A DNA stretch of 64,000 bases from Eledone cirrhosa. Taxonomy: Eukaryota. Position 1 is the stretch's first letter. Each line of letters starts with the position of its first letter. The stretch covers positions 357,306,001 to 357,370,000 of the forward strand of contig OZ024743.1 of NCBI GenBank assembly GCA_964016885.1, given 5' to 3'. This document shows positions 39,161 to 52,839 of the stretch, one piece after another. The position numbers and the translations under genes were made by a program. The notes under the pieces are model-generated. The model saw only the letters and a program-made list of their open reading frames with translations, searched no databases and was not told where the DNA came from.

Positions 39161-40592
39161 ATTAATCTCAACAAAACAGATTTGTGATCTAATTTGTTTT
39201 AACTTGTTTAGTTTTTGTTACCCCCCCCCCCTCCCCTCTGACGTACAGTTTTCTACTTCTTGTATGCGTGTCAAACTACGCAATTTTCTTCACAAGAGCT
39301 CAAATATATGATAGTGTTATTATATTATAGCTGCGAACATACAAAGATATTAAAACATAGTGTTTCTGCATAGCCCCCACCCAGTTTACTTTTTCATTTT
39401 GGTTTTGACTTATTTATGATAGCTTGGCTTTCTTTTTTTATTATGATATTTTGCAAAGGAATCAATGAACAGTGCTAGACTCGATGTTGTAGCCATTGGA
39501 AGCAGTCAACTGTCGTGGCTTGTTCGTATAAATCAACTATTCCGCAGGTGAAAGGCACAGTTCAAACATGTCGCTTCTATTAAAAGCTGCGTCGGCTGCC
39601 AGCTTTGACTGACATCAAACCAGCTGATGTTGACAGCCACTGCAAACATAAATAACACCTATATCGCTCATGAATAAACATTTACCTTCAGCTAGTTGAA
39701 TTAATCAGCTATTCTTTCTCTTCTTCATTCGGACTGCTTGCTTCTTCCGAACGACATTTCTTGTCAGTTCGACTTAACACTTATTCTGAATCTATACCCG
39801 TTATTATCTCCCTTGTCTCTCTCTTTTTGTTTTTCTTTCCCATCTTGTTTTTCTTATCATTTCATCTATTCGTCTATCTCTATCACTCTTATCTTTACCA
39901 TCTTTTGCTATCCCCTCTCACTCTATTTTATCGACCACTTCTTATTCCTGATTCTAATTCTTGTCTTTTACCCACATTATATCTCTCTACATCATTCTCA
40001 TTTATTTCTCTCAACCCGCTCCCTTTTACCCCCCTTGATATGCATTATTCCAAAATTTCAGAATGATAAATTTCTTATATAATATCACTCAGTTACTTCA
40101 TCATAATTCAGTACCCTCCCCTCTCTCGATTCCTTCTCCTTTTGTCTGTTTTTCCACAGCCCACTGTTTTAAGGGTTTCTATCGAGCAATTTATATATCT
40201 CTATATCTCTTGTTATACTTGTCTGTCTATCTATCAATCAATCTATCTATCTGTTTATCTAGCCTTCTCTCGCAACCAAACACACAAAAACTAACGCCAT
40301 CACCATTCTATATACAATGTACAGTTAGCACGTTCATTAAATGTGTCTGATATGATCAGTTGTATGGCCTAGCTTATCCCTAGAGGTTTGTTTTCATGAT
40401 GCAAGATTGTTTCCTCATCACTTTCCAGCATTCATTGTCCTTATCAAAACAAAAGTGGCATCTTGATGAAAATTGCATTCAAGGTAGTAAGAATGGCGTC
40501 CATACCGACATATTTCGTTCATTTCAGACCAAACAGTTTCTCGCCTTCCTTCAAAGTTGGCACGCATGCGTATATGGCTACACAGATAAATA

Positions 40593-40724
<132 letters not shown>

Positions 40725-41376
40725 ACAATATACAAAAGCACCTGCACATACTTTACATACTTTAAAATGCCTTCATACAAATGTATGTTTATGGATAGAT
40801 ACTTATGTATATGTACCCGTGTACAGATATTTCTTGCCAAATGTACACATAGAGTATGTATACATACATGAATGCATTAGACATGTAAATAGATGCCCAC
40901 TATGAATGTACAAACGCATCATATGACACTGATGAAGACACATGAATAGATTACACATCTGACTGCACATACATACGGACATAAACATATACTCTCACAT
41001 ACACATGAACATGAATCCATAAATATACGCCAGTACAAATACATAAACAGATTTATGATTTAGCTGCCATTTTGAGTCTTGGAGCAAAATCATAATTCTC
41101 GAGAAGCTTACATACATAGCTACACATACGTATATACGTTTAAACTTACACGTATTCATATACACAGGGAACACACACATGTTTGTATACGTATATACAC
41201 CTAGAACAATTTACACGCGTATCTATATTTATCTCTACAGATGTATGATTTATCTACACACTCATAAATATGCACAAATACGTATGCATATGAATTTCTC
41301 TATATATATGTGTGTGTGCGTTTGTGTGAATGCATATATTACATTCGTATAGGTATATATATATATATATATATAT

Positions 41377-41566
41377 GAAAAATCCGGGACCCGGACGGCT
41401 GAGCTCCTTCCGTTTCAACAGTTAGATCCGAACAGTTCGGATCTAGCTGTTGAAACGGCAAGAGCTCATCCGTCGGGGTCCCGAATTTTTCATATTACCC
41501 ACTCTACTACCCTAAGTATCGAGTACTCTCGTGAGTAATGGTCTAACTGGTTTTTACCGCTTCCAT

Positions 41567-41570
<4 letters not shown>
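41377..41570 (+). mobile_element. PLE pseudo-LTR fold-back (family G)
   Basis: Palindrome centred near 41433; GAAA-cgg..ccg-UC; (TA)n flanks. Confidence 0.7.
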
Positions 41571-41655
<85 letters not shown>

Positions 41656-42145
41656 CTTACATATGCCCACATACAGCTTTATATACATAGATGTATAAAC
41701 ACAAACATAGTATCTATGCATATATCTGCATGTATAAACATATATCTAGGTATGTGCACCAATATATATATACACGTGTTTCCACACAATTATTATTACG
41801 TTATTTACACCATTGTGTCTCTGATAGACAAGACATGTTGTCCTGGGTTCAGTAACGTGCCTCTACTAGTCTCGGGTTGACTAATACCTTGTGCGTGGAA
41901 TTTGGTAGACGACAAACTCCACTCACAAGACATTGGTCAACCTGAGACTACAGTAGCAAGCATATATCTGCCAAAGATGCCTTCTATTCAGGACTAGGAA
42001 CTACATTAGGTATGAATAGCCGCTAATCTATACAAGACAGAAATTTGTCTATCTCCGATGGAGCTGCTGGACTAGATTTTTTATTCTGCATAAAAAAACA
42101 GGCACATATCTGATTTGCTGTAATTCCCTCAACAATACGCTACAA

Positions 42146-42330
42146 ATTGGCAGTATCGGTAGAGGGTCGGACGTCATGCTTTGACGCATAGAATTACGGC
42201 CCTTTCCATTCTGAGTTCAAATCCCACCGAGGTCAACTTTGCCTTTCATCCTTACGGGGTCGATAAAATAAAGTACCAGTAATGTACTGGGTCATTGCTG
42301 GCCTTGTGCCAAAAGTAGAAACAATTATTA
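42146..42330 (+). mobile_element. tRNA-derived SINE copy (partial copy at 43030-43170)
   Basis: Consensus match. Confidence 0.85.
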
Positions 42331-42848
42331 ACACACACAGGCATGCAGCCTTTCTCTTTTAACTCTCCTATAGTTACAACAAAGGTTTCTGCTAACTCCG
42401 AACAATCAAACTGTGTACTATCTCCATCAAACCCATTTGATGAACATATCTTTCCTTCTAATCGTTAACTGTGTCTTGCCTTGGAACATAACACTATACA
42501 CTTTGTTCAAGCCTTCCTCACAAGAACTTCAATATAATAGAATTTCTTGCTTGAACATGTTTTCATTACACAAATCAAGTTACAGAAATTCAAGTGAAAT
42601 ATTAAATACATAAACCTTGTGCACCCTAGTGTCTTTTGACTTATACATCTACAAAAATATCAAAAAATACACTGATACATGAACACGTTAAAATGTACAC
42701 TGACATACACATCCACCAGCCGATGTTTGTGTACATCTGAGGACGCTCTGATATATAGAGTTATGTAATGCAGAGCCGTTCGGAACCTGATCATTGTGGA
42801 AACGTAGGTCACATAATAACTATATGTAAAACAGATCTCTCTCTTTGG

Positions 42849-42905
<57 letters not shown>

Positions 42906-42950
42906 TATTTTTTTATGAACAAGAAAAAATACTCAATACATAGTGTAGAG

Positions 42951-43021
42951 CAGTCATGGGCAACCTGATGATGCGCCATATCTCATGCGGCTTGCTTCTC
43001 GAAAAAGGTTGCCCATGCCTG
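42951..43021. mobile_element. Tiny hAT (Charlie-like) MITE
   Basis: TIRs CAGTCATGGGCAACCT and AGGTTGCCCATGCCTG; 8-bp TSD GTGTAGAG/GTGTGGAG. Confidence 0.75.
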
Positions 43022-43713
43022 GTGTGGAGTAAGAGTTACGGCCCTTTATGATCTGAGTTCAAATCCCGCCGTGGTTAACTTTGCCTTTCATCCTTACGGG
43101 GTCGATAAAATAAAGTACCAGTAATACACTGGGATAATTGCTGGCCTTGTGCCCAAAGTAGAAACAATTATATTTATTTGGCTGAGCCGTGTGCCGTTAC
43201 TTTCAGTTTCATGATTATTCGATCTATCAGGCAACCAAGCTGGACAACTTTGTCTACACATACAGAACCACACACCTTGTACAGAAAGATTCATACATAC
43301 ACAACCACACACACACACAATCCATCAACCTACTAACACATTGACACATGATTTGTGTAGCATTTTGAATCATAAGACAGAATTATAGTTCTCCTGAATT
43401 CCCGCCTAACCACTCATACTTGCACTATTATTTCTGTATGATATACATACACCCCACCTGTCCGTGTTTTTCTATGACGCACATACATATATACTACATA
43501 TCTTTCTCTCTGTCACTCTACTCCCTTTCTCTCTCTTGTTCAGGGTGCTATATACACATACACACATACTATATCTAACTACTCTCTAAACCACTGTACC
43601 AAGGCATCAGCTGCCATCTTTATTGCCAATTTCATCGCATGGAATGCAAAATTGTACGAATTCTTTGACAACTAAGAGCAAACCTACTGCTCCCTTACGA
43701 CACAATGTTAAAC

Positions 43714-43794
<81 letters not shown>

Positions 43795-44233
43795 AACATA
43801 CCCACACACACACACACAGACATACGCACACTCACATACACAGACATACACAGACACACACACAGACACACACATACACACACATGCACACACACACACA
43901 CGCACACATAGACACACACACGCGCACACGCACACACGCACACACACACACACATACACACACACACACACACACACAAACACACACCGATACACCCACA
44001 TAGACAAACATAGTCACACGTTTTTACACATTCGATTTCTGACAAAACAGATTCATAGATGTATTCGTATTAACACGTTACATAACGTAAAAAGAAATAC
44101 ACAAGCATACATGTGTAATAAAATATAATATACATTGTACAATTGATATATATATTGTATAATTTAATGTGTATAATATATATTTCACATTATAGCACAC
44201 ACAAGCATATGTATGTATGTATATCTATACTCT

Positions 44234-44311
<78 letters not shown>

Positions 44312-44934
44312 ATATAAATGTGTGGAGCTCAAACGCAGAAACATCAGTAAAATACCCGGTTGCTATAAATAATTATAGCATAGAAATTGAGGTAAAATGC
44401 CCTGGAGACGGAGAAGAGTGAACAATGACCATCAACGAATGGCGCTCGCTTCTGCTGCTAACTCTGCAGACATCCCCGCTAGCTTTGCTACTACTTCCGC
44501 TTCTAGAGAAGACTGACTATTTTCAATGGAACATAAACCTGAACTGATATGTTTCTCTCGCGTCATACCAGCAGATCTACTTTTGTTCTGATGTGCGGAC
44601 TATCCTAAAATGAACGGCTCTTCTGATACCGCACGAAACCGTTCGGATAGATGGAAGCTGATGTGGTAACAAGGCATTTTCTATATCTGTCTCCTTTTCT
44701 TTCTCTCTCTTTCTTGACTTTTCTCTCTTCTCTCACGGCTGCTCGCTATCGTTTCTAGAAGGCTTTGAGTACGTTGGCGGCCATTGACCACTCTTCTCCA
44801 CCCTCAGAGTATTTTACCCCAATTTCTATGTTATAATTATTTACAGCAACCTTTAAAGTTATTTCTGCGTTTAAGCTTCTCATATTTCTATAAATCTATA
44901 TTCCCTCAGTGCTTCACATCGATTATTCGACACA

Positions 44935-45039
<105 letters not shown>

Positions 45040-45298
45040 AATTAGGATTGGTGCTCTGAAATAGCGATGTATACATGAATGTATGTATAGTATATTTGGT
45101 AAATCAGTTCCTGATTATTACTGGAATTCTATAAGAATCCAGCCTCTATAATTTTCGGCAGGGGTCGGGGAGTACGTTGCTCTGAGGAACATCAACAATG
45201 TGAAACAGAATTTGTCAGCTTCTTTCCCTTCCTTTGCCGAAAAAAGAAGTGACATAGTCACTACTTTAAAATGATAGCGCAAATATACTATACATACA

Positions 45299-45353
<55 letters not shown>

Positions 45354-45436
45354 TAGCTCTAGTTTTTCTTGCCAGCATTTCTACGATTTTACGTTTCGTT
45401 TCGCTTTTTCTACCAGCCGAAATACGATTCTCGCTG

Positions 45437-45519
<83 letters not shown>

Positions 45520-45545
45520 GTATATATATATTTATTTCGTTTCTG

Positions 45546-46470
45546 AATTTGTTTAGCAAGATTCTTTATCTGAAAATGTCTGTTGAAACCGATATTGTTA
45601 TACTTTGGGAGGGTCATGTTGCCAATAAGAAACACACGCACCAGTTGCTTTCACTTCAATTTATTATAATAAATTGATAAATTTAGGAATTTACAAATTT
45701 CCGGTTGGTTGGTTGGTTCGACAACCAGATGATTGTTTATATATTGTCAAAGTTCTTTCGTCACACATTCTGTGACCTCTTCAGTGTCTGGGGATTCTTT
45801 TCTTTGTTTTTGTGCTTCTCCTTTGTTCTGTCCTACGTCATCTTGTTTTTGTGTGTGTTGTGTGCTTAGTTTGCGCATGTGTTACATCCGGGTGTCTGTG
45901 TGTGTTTATATTTGTTTATTTATTTGTTTATTTACATGTTACTGGTTGGTTGTTTGTTCTATGTGCGTGTGTGTTTTCATTTTGTCCTTAATTGTAAGTT
46001 GTGATGTTGCTGTTCCATTCATGTTTTCTATTTAATTTTGGTTTGAGTTCATTTATGTTTATTGCCTCTGTGATTTGTCTAAACATTGCGTCTTTTCTGT
46101 GTGTAGATTCTATTTTTATTTCTATGTTCTCTAATTTACCCTTATGTTCTATTTTAGCATGTTGGTAGAGTACAGATGATTCTTTACTATATTGAAGCTT
46201 TCATTTATCTCTTCCCCTATACTACGAGCTGTCTCACCTATGTACACTATATTTTTATCTCTACATTGTCCTTCAGTACATCTTATGCTATATACTACAT
46301 TTCTAGTTTTACAGTTAATATGGGGGCTTAATTTACAGATTATACATTTCTTATCTATACGGAAATTTGTAAATTCCTAAATTTATAAATTTATTATAAT
46401 AAATGGAAGTGAAAGCAACTGATGCGTGTGTTTTTTATTGGCAACATGACCCTCCCAAAGTATAACAATA
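45546..46470 (-). mobile_element. 5'-truncated Penelope-like element with C-terminal GIY-YIG endonuclease and inverted pLTR
   Basis: CIICKLSPHINCKTRNVVYSIRC..C...VYIGETARS / SSVLYQHA..EH..FRQITEAINI..PKLNRKHEW; inverted pLTR at 46360-46470; (TA)n flanks. Confidence 0.85.
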
Positions 46471-47128
46471 TATATATATATTAAGATGTATAAACTTGAC
46501 ATAACTATTATCATCTTATATTCTCTCAACTAATCACACTTGATCATATTTCTCTATCCCGTTTTCTCCCCCCATAATTATTATATTTTTATTATTATTT
46601 GAAAAAATCGGTTTTTTTACATTGTGTTTTCCCCTCCAAATATTCGCTTATATTTCTTTATATATTCTCTATAGATTTTTTTATCTTTATTTTTTTATCT
46701 TTATTATTTCCACTTTTATCCTCCTTTATATTTTACCTTATTCTTACTTTTATACCTTATTAAAGTGTAATCTTCCCCATGCCTTATTATACACTATTAA
46801 TTATAGATTATTATTATTACTCTTTTTCCATTTCTAATTACCTCATGTACTTTCACCTCCGTTATATATATATATATATTGTATGCCCTTTGTGTTTGTG
46901 TAGCCTCTGCGCACCCTCTGCACCATACTATCGACGCCACCCCATCTATGGTTCAGCTAACCACCCGACTCCCGGGAATGAATATGACCGCAGCTAGTAA
47001 ACAAGGACCCACACCCCACCCTCCCGCACCAAAATTAGACTTATCGTCCCCTACTTTTGCTCTTTACTCTCTTTACTCTTTGTTCTTGAATGTTTGGTTG
47101 GTAGAGTCCATAACACCAATCAAACCCC

Positions 47129-47188
47129 TTTTATAGCTCTGACGAATCCTACGGTTACGTAAGGAAGAAACATTGTAAGCCAATAAAA
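47129..47188 (+). ncRNA. Minimal type I hammerhead ribozyme
   Basis: uuuuau-a-gcu-CUGACGA-a-uccu-acg(guua)cgu-a-agga-a-GAAA-c(auu)g-UA^agc-ca-auaaaa. Confidence 0.8.
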
Positions 47189-47225
47189 ATCTTTTGATGT
47201 TGTAGACGCTCTTGTGGTCTTTTTC

Positions 47226-47334
<109 letters not shown>

Positions 47335-48744
47335 ACTTATGTTAGGTTGTTTACCAATGTATGGAACTGGTGGTTCCGGTTAGTAAACGATGATGTAATT
47401 AATTAATCAAAGCTCTCAACGTTATGCAAATCATCCATCGTAGATGCGGTATCCAGTTGCTGGTGCACGAAGTGAGGTAAGTATTCATCAAAAACAAGAG
47501 AAGGCCGGACTGGAGATTTACTTAACAATTTTATTCCGTGAAAGCATTATATATATTTCGATATCCCAGCCTTATCATCCGATCCTGATGCAAGATGCAT
47601 TAATTGATCACGCGACATTCGGGGATGGTTTGGCACTGCAATAACACTGAATTGGTAGGCAATCCCTGAATCGAATCTGTCCTCTATTTTCTACTTTCTA
47701 TTCTCTATTTGTGTTCCACGTAATCCTGTTGTCTTATGGAACTAATTCTGCAATCAACACTTGATGAAATCGCATAAGTCTTGCATCAATATATATAGTG
47801 CTTTCGCGGAATAAAAATTCTAAAGTAAATGTTGAATTAGAATCATCGCTGTGAATGTAAGGAATACAACTCCACCGTTCGCTCTGTACATAGAAAAACG
47901 TAAGAGATAATATTTACGCGTTTTAGTGATTATTGTCTACTCATCAGGGGATAACTATCACTATGATTCTGTATATACATCGTCTATACATGCAGGTTCT
48001 AAAACCTGCTTGACTTAAATAGCGATGTGTGTGCGCTTGTTTGTGTTTGCATATATGTCTATATGTTTGTTTATCGAGATGTAATTAATTAATATATAGA
48101 TTGTTGTTTGGGCTCATACCATTCCGCTCCTCTGAGTTTCATGTTTTTGTCCGTGGATAATCCTGTAATAGGGTTGGCTGGTGAAAAAGATATCTCTTTT
48201 CCTGGCAACAGATGTCAACATTGTTGACATCATGAATCAATCATCTATTGTATGCTTCAAAAAGTACGACAGAGACTGCTGAATATTATTGAGTCTAAAT
48301 TCCCGGATACTAGTGGGAAAATAGGATACCGAACTGACTGCAATCCCGAGCATTTTGAATGTTTTATACTTCATTTAGACTAGTTGATATGTACTCCGTT
48401 CACTTCTTGTGTGACTTATAATCACGTAGAAAATAAGTAATCTAAACCGTAAAAAGCCATTAACTCTTGATGGAGATGCAGTAGGTAATCCCTCCTCTCA
48501 GCTGATTTCTTCCAGAGAAAATCAGAGATAGAAATAGAAGGATCAGCTCAAATACTAGGCTGGCAATATATTTATCAAACCTCGAAAGGATGACAGACAA
48601 AATTGCTTTCGGTTAATCCGGCGCCCAACGACTTAACATAGTTATATGAAGCAACTAAGCCGAAAACTTCGAATTCACTGCCACGTTTCTCTTCAGAAAA
48701 TATACTATACTATATTATATTATACTATACTATACTATATTATG

Positions 48745-48792
<48 letters not shown>

Positions 48793-49210
48793 ATGAGAAG
48801 AAAGAAGAATACTGCGTGGTTTGCACATGGGTTACATATGATAGAAATAGTCCTTCGTCAGTGATTTTCCAACCATCATTGGTATTTCATCGCATTAAAA
48901 ATCACATATATATATAGGCTTAAAATAATAATAATAATAATAATAAGAAGAAAACAAGAATGGGGGGGGGGGGAGTTTTCCTCATTATTTTTCTACTGGG
49001 GGTCTCGAATATTTCAACGCTCTAAAGACAATATATCTACCCCCAGATCATTTTATAACTTAGTTATTGGGAAAACGGAGGAGGGAGGGAAGGAAAATAG
49101 AAGGGAAAAGGGAAAAAAGGGAAGAAAAGAGAAAAACAGCGAAAAACAACAACAATTTTCCTTCCCTCCCTCCTCCGTTTTCCCAATAACTTACCCAGGT
49201 GTTGAACGCT

Positions 49211-49280
49211 CTGGAGGTAGATATATATATTGTCTTTAAAACGTTGAAATATCCGAGACCTCCAGTAGACAACTGATGAG
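49211..49280 (+). ncRNA. Putative non-circularly permuted hammerhead (B1, with a 4-nt TA expansion)
   Basis: CUGGAGGU..AUAU-A^UUGUCU..GAAA-UAUC-cgag-ACCUCCAG-uAGACAA-CUGAUGA-G. Confidence 0.6.
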
Positions 49281-49703
49281 GACCCCCCCCGTTCTTGCTT
49301 TCTTCTTATTCTTATTCTTATTTTTAGCCTAACTTAACTAGCAACTACACAGCCATTCCTATTCTCTATATATTTTATCATGTTTCGCTGTTGCCCGTCT
49401 TCTCCCTCCTTCAACCTACCTATTGCGTTGCTTTTTCTTTCTCTCCCTTTCTTCCTCTCACTTTCACTCACCCTCTCTCTGTTAGCCACCTCATTGTTTC
49501 CCTCGCCTGACCCTCTAGCAGTTCTTTTCGTTCGTCCACGCGCTCTAGAACTTATGTTCAGCCACCGATGTGGACTTGGATTTTTTTTCTTCAGGTTGCT
49601 CGCACATTCTTCGATTTGTTGTTTCTTTTCGGTGCCTTTTCCCTTCTATTTTCCTTCCCTCCCTCCTCCGTTTTCCCAATAACTTACTCACTTGTTGAAC
49701 GCT

Positions 49704-49769
49704 CTGGAGGTAGATATATTGTCTTTAAAGCATTGAAATATCCGAGATCCCCAGTAGACAACTGATGAG
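49704..49769 (+). ncRNA. Putative non-circularly permuted hammerhead (B2)
   Basis: CUGGAGGU-a-GAUAU-A^UUGUCUu-uaaagcauu-GAAA-UAUC-cgag-AUCCCCAG-uAGACAA-CUGAUGA-G. Confidence 0.7.
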
Positions 49770-49855
49770 CCCCTCCTCCCCTTCTTGCTTTCTTCTTATT
49801 TTTATTTTTATTTTTAAGCCTACCATAACTATCAACTAAACAGCCATCCTCTTCT

Positions 49856-49938
<83 letters not shown>

Positions 49939-49974
49939 AGTATGTTTTGAAACAGTGAGCGAGTTTGAAATTAG

Positions 49975-50035
<61 letters not shown>

Positions 50036-50159
50036 GAAATATAAGCTTTCACCGTGTATATATATATATACTTATCGTCCCCTGCTTTTGCTCTTTACTC
50101 TCTTTACTGTTTGTTCTTGAATGTTTGGTTGGTAGAGTCCATAACACCAATCAAACCCC

Positions 50160-50219
50160 TTTTATAGCTCTGACGAATCCTACGGTTACGTAAGGAAGAA
50201 ACATTGTAAGCCAATAAAA
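50160..50219 (+). ncRNA. Minimal type I hammerhead, identical to 47129-47188
   Basis: Inside a ~185-bp (TA)n-flanked duplicate (50071-50258) of 47040-47227. Confidence 0.8.
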
Positions 50220-50253
50220 ATCTTTTGATGTTGTAGACGCTCTTGTGTTCTTT

Positions 50254-50340
<87 letters not shown>

Positions 50341-50423
50341 ATTGATAGGGACCAGGCGGCGTGGTTACTGATAACGAGTGTTAGAAATTTAACGGGACAC
50401 AAACAACAGATAGACATTTTCTC

Positions 50424-50489
50424 TTCATCAGTTGTCTACTACAGGTCACAGATGTTTCAGTACATTATAGACACTACATCTATCCATAG
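50424..50489 (-). ncRNA. Putative non-circularly permuted hammerhead (F)
   Basis: CUAUGG-au-AGAUGU-A^gUGUCUA-uaauguacu-GAAA-CAUCU-guga-cCUGUAG-UAGACAa-CUGAUGA-A. Confidence 0.65.
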
Positions 50490-52032
50490 TGTGCTTATAA
50501 CATAAGTTATGAGGGAAAGAAAAGACGAAAAAGAGGCGATAGCAAAGAGAGAGAAAGAAAGAAAAGAAGAGAGAAAAAAGGAGAAAAAAAGAAAAGGAAC
50601 GCATATCGATAGAAGGAGGAAACACAGGACAATGGTACACGTAAGTAAGTAACCAAGGAGAGAGAGGAAGAAGTCAAAAAAAGGCAGTTGGGTGGGTTTA
50701 GATCGATATCCAGTGATCTCAATCTTGTTTACAATTTACTCAACAAATTCATTTGGAGCGTATGCAAAGGAGTAATGTAATACAATAACCCAGCCAGAAG
50801 CTATGAAAACAATGTAACGGATTAACTTTGGAAAAACGTTAAAGTAATCACAATTTCATCAATTGATATGTAGATAAATTATAAATAAATTTACATACTT
50901 ATTTACATGTTTAATGAATACATATTTATCCTCCTTGTGTAAATAGACCTCCATGTTGTCAAGTTCTTTGGGGTTTGTTCCACAACGAAAGTCTTATGGT
51001 TTAAACATTTCGTCTACTTGCGCAACGTAGCGAAACGTATATCTATTAAACATAGACATGTAAAATTACTTACTACTTATCCAACACACGCTGTCTTTAG
51101 GGAAATAAATAAATACACACACATGTAATGAAATAGACACCCATCGATTTTAGCAATGCGGGTTACAGTTGTTCGATCAACGGAATAGTCTGCACATGGA
51201 GTTTACGTGGAATGGCTGAACATTCCACAGACACGAATATCTTTAACATAGTTAACAAGGAGATTCAGCGTGACAAGACTGGCCTTTTGAAATCCAGGTA
51301 AGTTCTATCCAACGGGCTTCCAAACAGTTTCCGTCCACCCAATTTCACTCACAAGGCATGAGTTGATCCGAGTCTATGGTAAATGGCAGTTGCCAAAGAT
51401 GTCATGCAGTGGAATCTAACCTGAGACCTAATGATTGCGAAGCAAACAACTTAATCATTTGGTCATGCTGAGTTCACTAACTGTATTGTTTGTTTCCAGA
51501 GACTATGTTGAAAAATAAACCTCATTTGGTCATTCCATGAGAGTATCTTGGTCAACCTATGAACTTTTCAGTCGAACCTCATAAGTTCTTTGATATGGTA
51601 TATTGAAATTTCGTTTCTCATTAGAAGTTGCAGTCCCAACTTATCGAAGTTGCAGTCCCAACTTATTTATGATTACATACCTAAATAGTTACCTAATTAA
51701 AGCATAAGAAAAGGAAAAAAGAAAAGGCCCATAATTCCTAATGAAGTCGTAAGGGTTCTATCGTGACACACACGATGTGTCTTGGGCATTTTAACAGTGT
51801 CTGAACACAGCTGATTTCTTCATGAGAGGGAGAGAGAGAGAGAGAGAATTGAATTGTACTTTATTTACCGACATCGAAATGATGAAAGGCAAGGCTGACC
51901 TCGACGGGGTTTAAACTCAAAGCACAGAGAACTAGAACAATTAGTGAGGCATTTAATTTGAGTCACTAACGGCTTTGCCAATCCACTGACTTTATTTAAG
52001 GATGGTATGGTATCTTCCTATCATTATTTATG

Positions 52033-52220
52033 TGGATTGGCAGTATCGGTAGAGGGTCGGACGCCATGCTTTGCAGCAAAGAATTACAGCCCTTTATGGT
52101 CTGAGTTCAAATCTCGCCGAGGTTAACTTTGCCTTTCATCCTTACGGGGTTGATAAAATAAAGTACCAGTAATACACTGGGATAATTGCTGGCTTTGTGC
52201 CAAAAGCAGAAACAATTATT
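52033..52220 (+). mobile_element. tRNA-derived SINE copy
   Basis: Consensus match. Confidence 0.85.
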
Positions 52221-52839
52221 TATGAGGGTCGGCGACCATTGACAATTGCACGAATGTTTCTCTATGGGGCTGTATATTCATAATTCTAATTGGGGGAAAA
52301 AAGAAAAGTCGGTGAGATGCGGCTCGCCGTTTTCCACTTGAAAGGTTGTCAACGAGGTGACTACGCAGTCCCATTTAACCCGGTTTTTAAATCAGAGTGA
52401 TCCTTCTCCTAGACAGACTACCAGTCCAGGCTAACGAGGTCTGTATACTTGTTGCTTTACACACACTGCTACAAACACACACGCACACACACAAATCCAT
52501 TTATCCACTATGTAACGCATTGAGTCCATTCTGATAGGCAAATTAGTATTTACAACACACGACTTTTGTAAAATCATAGTGAGTGGAAGGCGGGGATCCT
52601 AGACGAAATCTAATTGTCTAGCTCATTATTATCATACATATATGATGGTTGCCCCCTCGTTATCGAGTATGGCCCTTGCACAATAAAATAAAAATAAATA
52701 AAAAATAAAAAATATAAATATAAGAAACAAAAAAATATTTAAATAAATAAAAATAAATAAATAAAAAAAAAAAAAATGAAAATAAACACACACGCACACA
52801 TAAATATTAATAATTAAGGGTGCTGCGATCGAATGTGGC

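Larger units (their letters stand above)
48917..49855 (+). mobile_element. Family B: inverted pLTR plus ~490-bp partial tandem non-coding repeat
   Basis: Inverted copy at 48917-49150; direct repeats at about 49155-49345 and 49648-49850; (TA)n/(CA)n flanks. Confidence 0.75.

Noticed and set aside
42730-42815. Hammerhead at CTGAGGA with a gctctg/cagagc stem
   Set aside because: GAAA does not follow stem II and stem I cannot be closed
42965-43010. CTGATGA...GAAA hammerhead-like core
   Set aside because: No stem II/III or NUH; the flanking pairing is the TIR pair of a hAT MITE with an 8-bp TSD
45565-45605. Hammerhead in the family E pLTR (CTGAAAA..GAAA..GTT)
   Set aside because: Antisense to the EN ORF, and the core differs among copies (CTGGAAA, ATGAAA)
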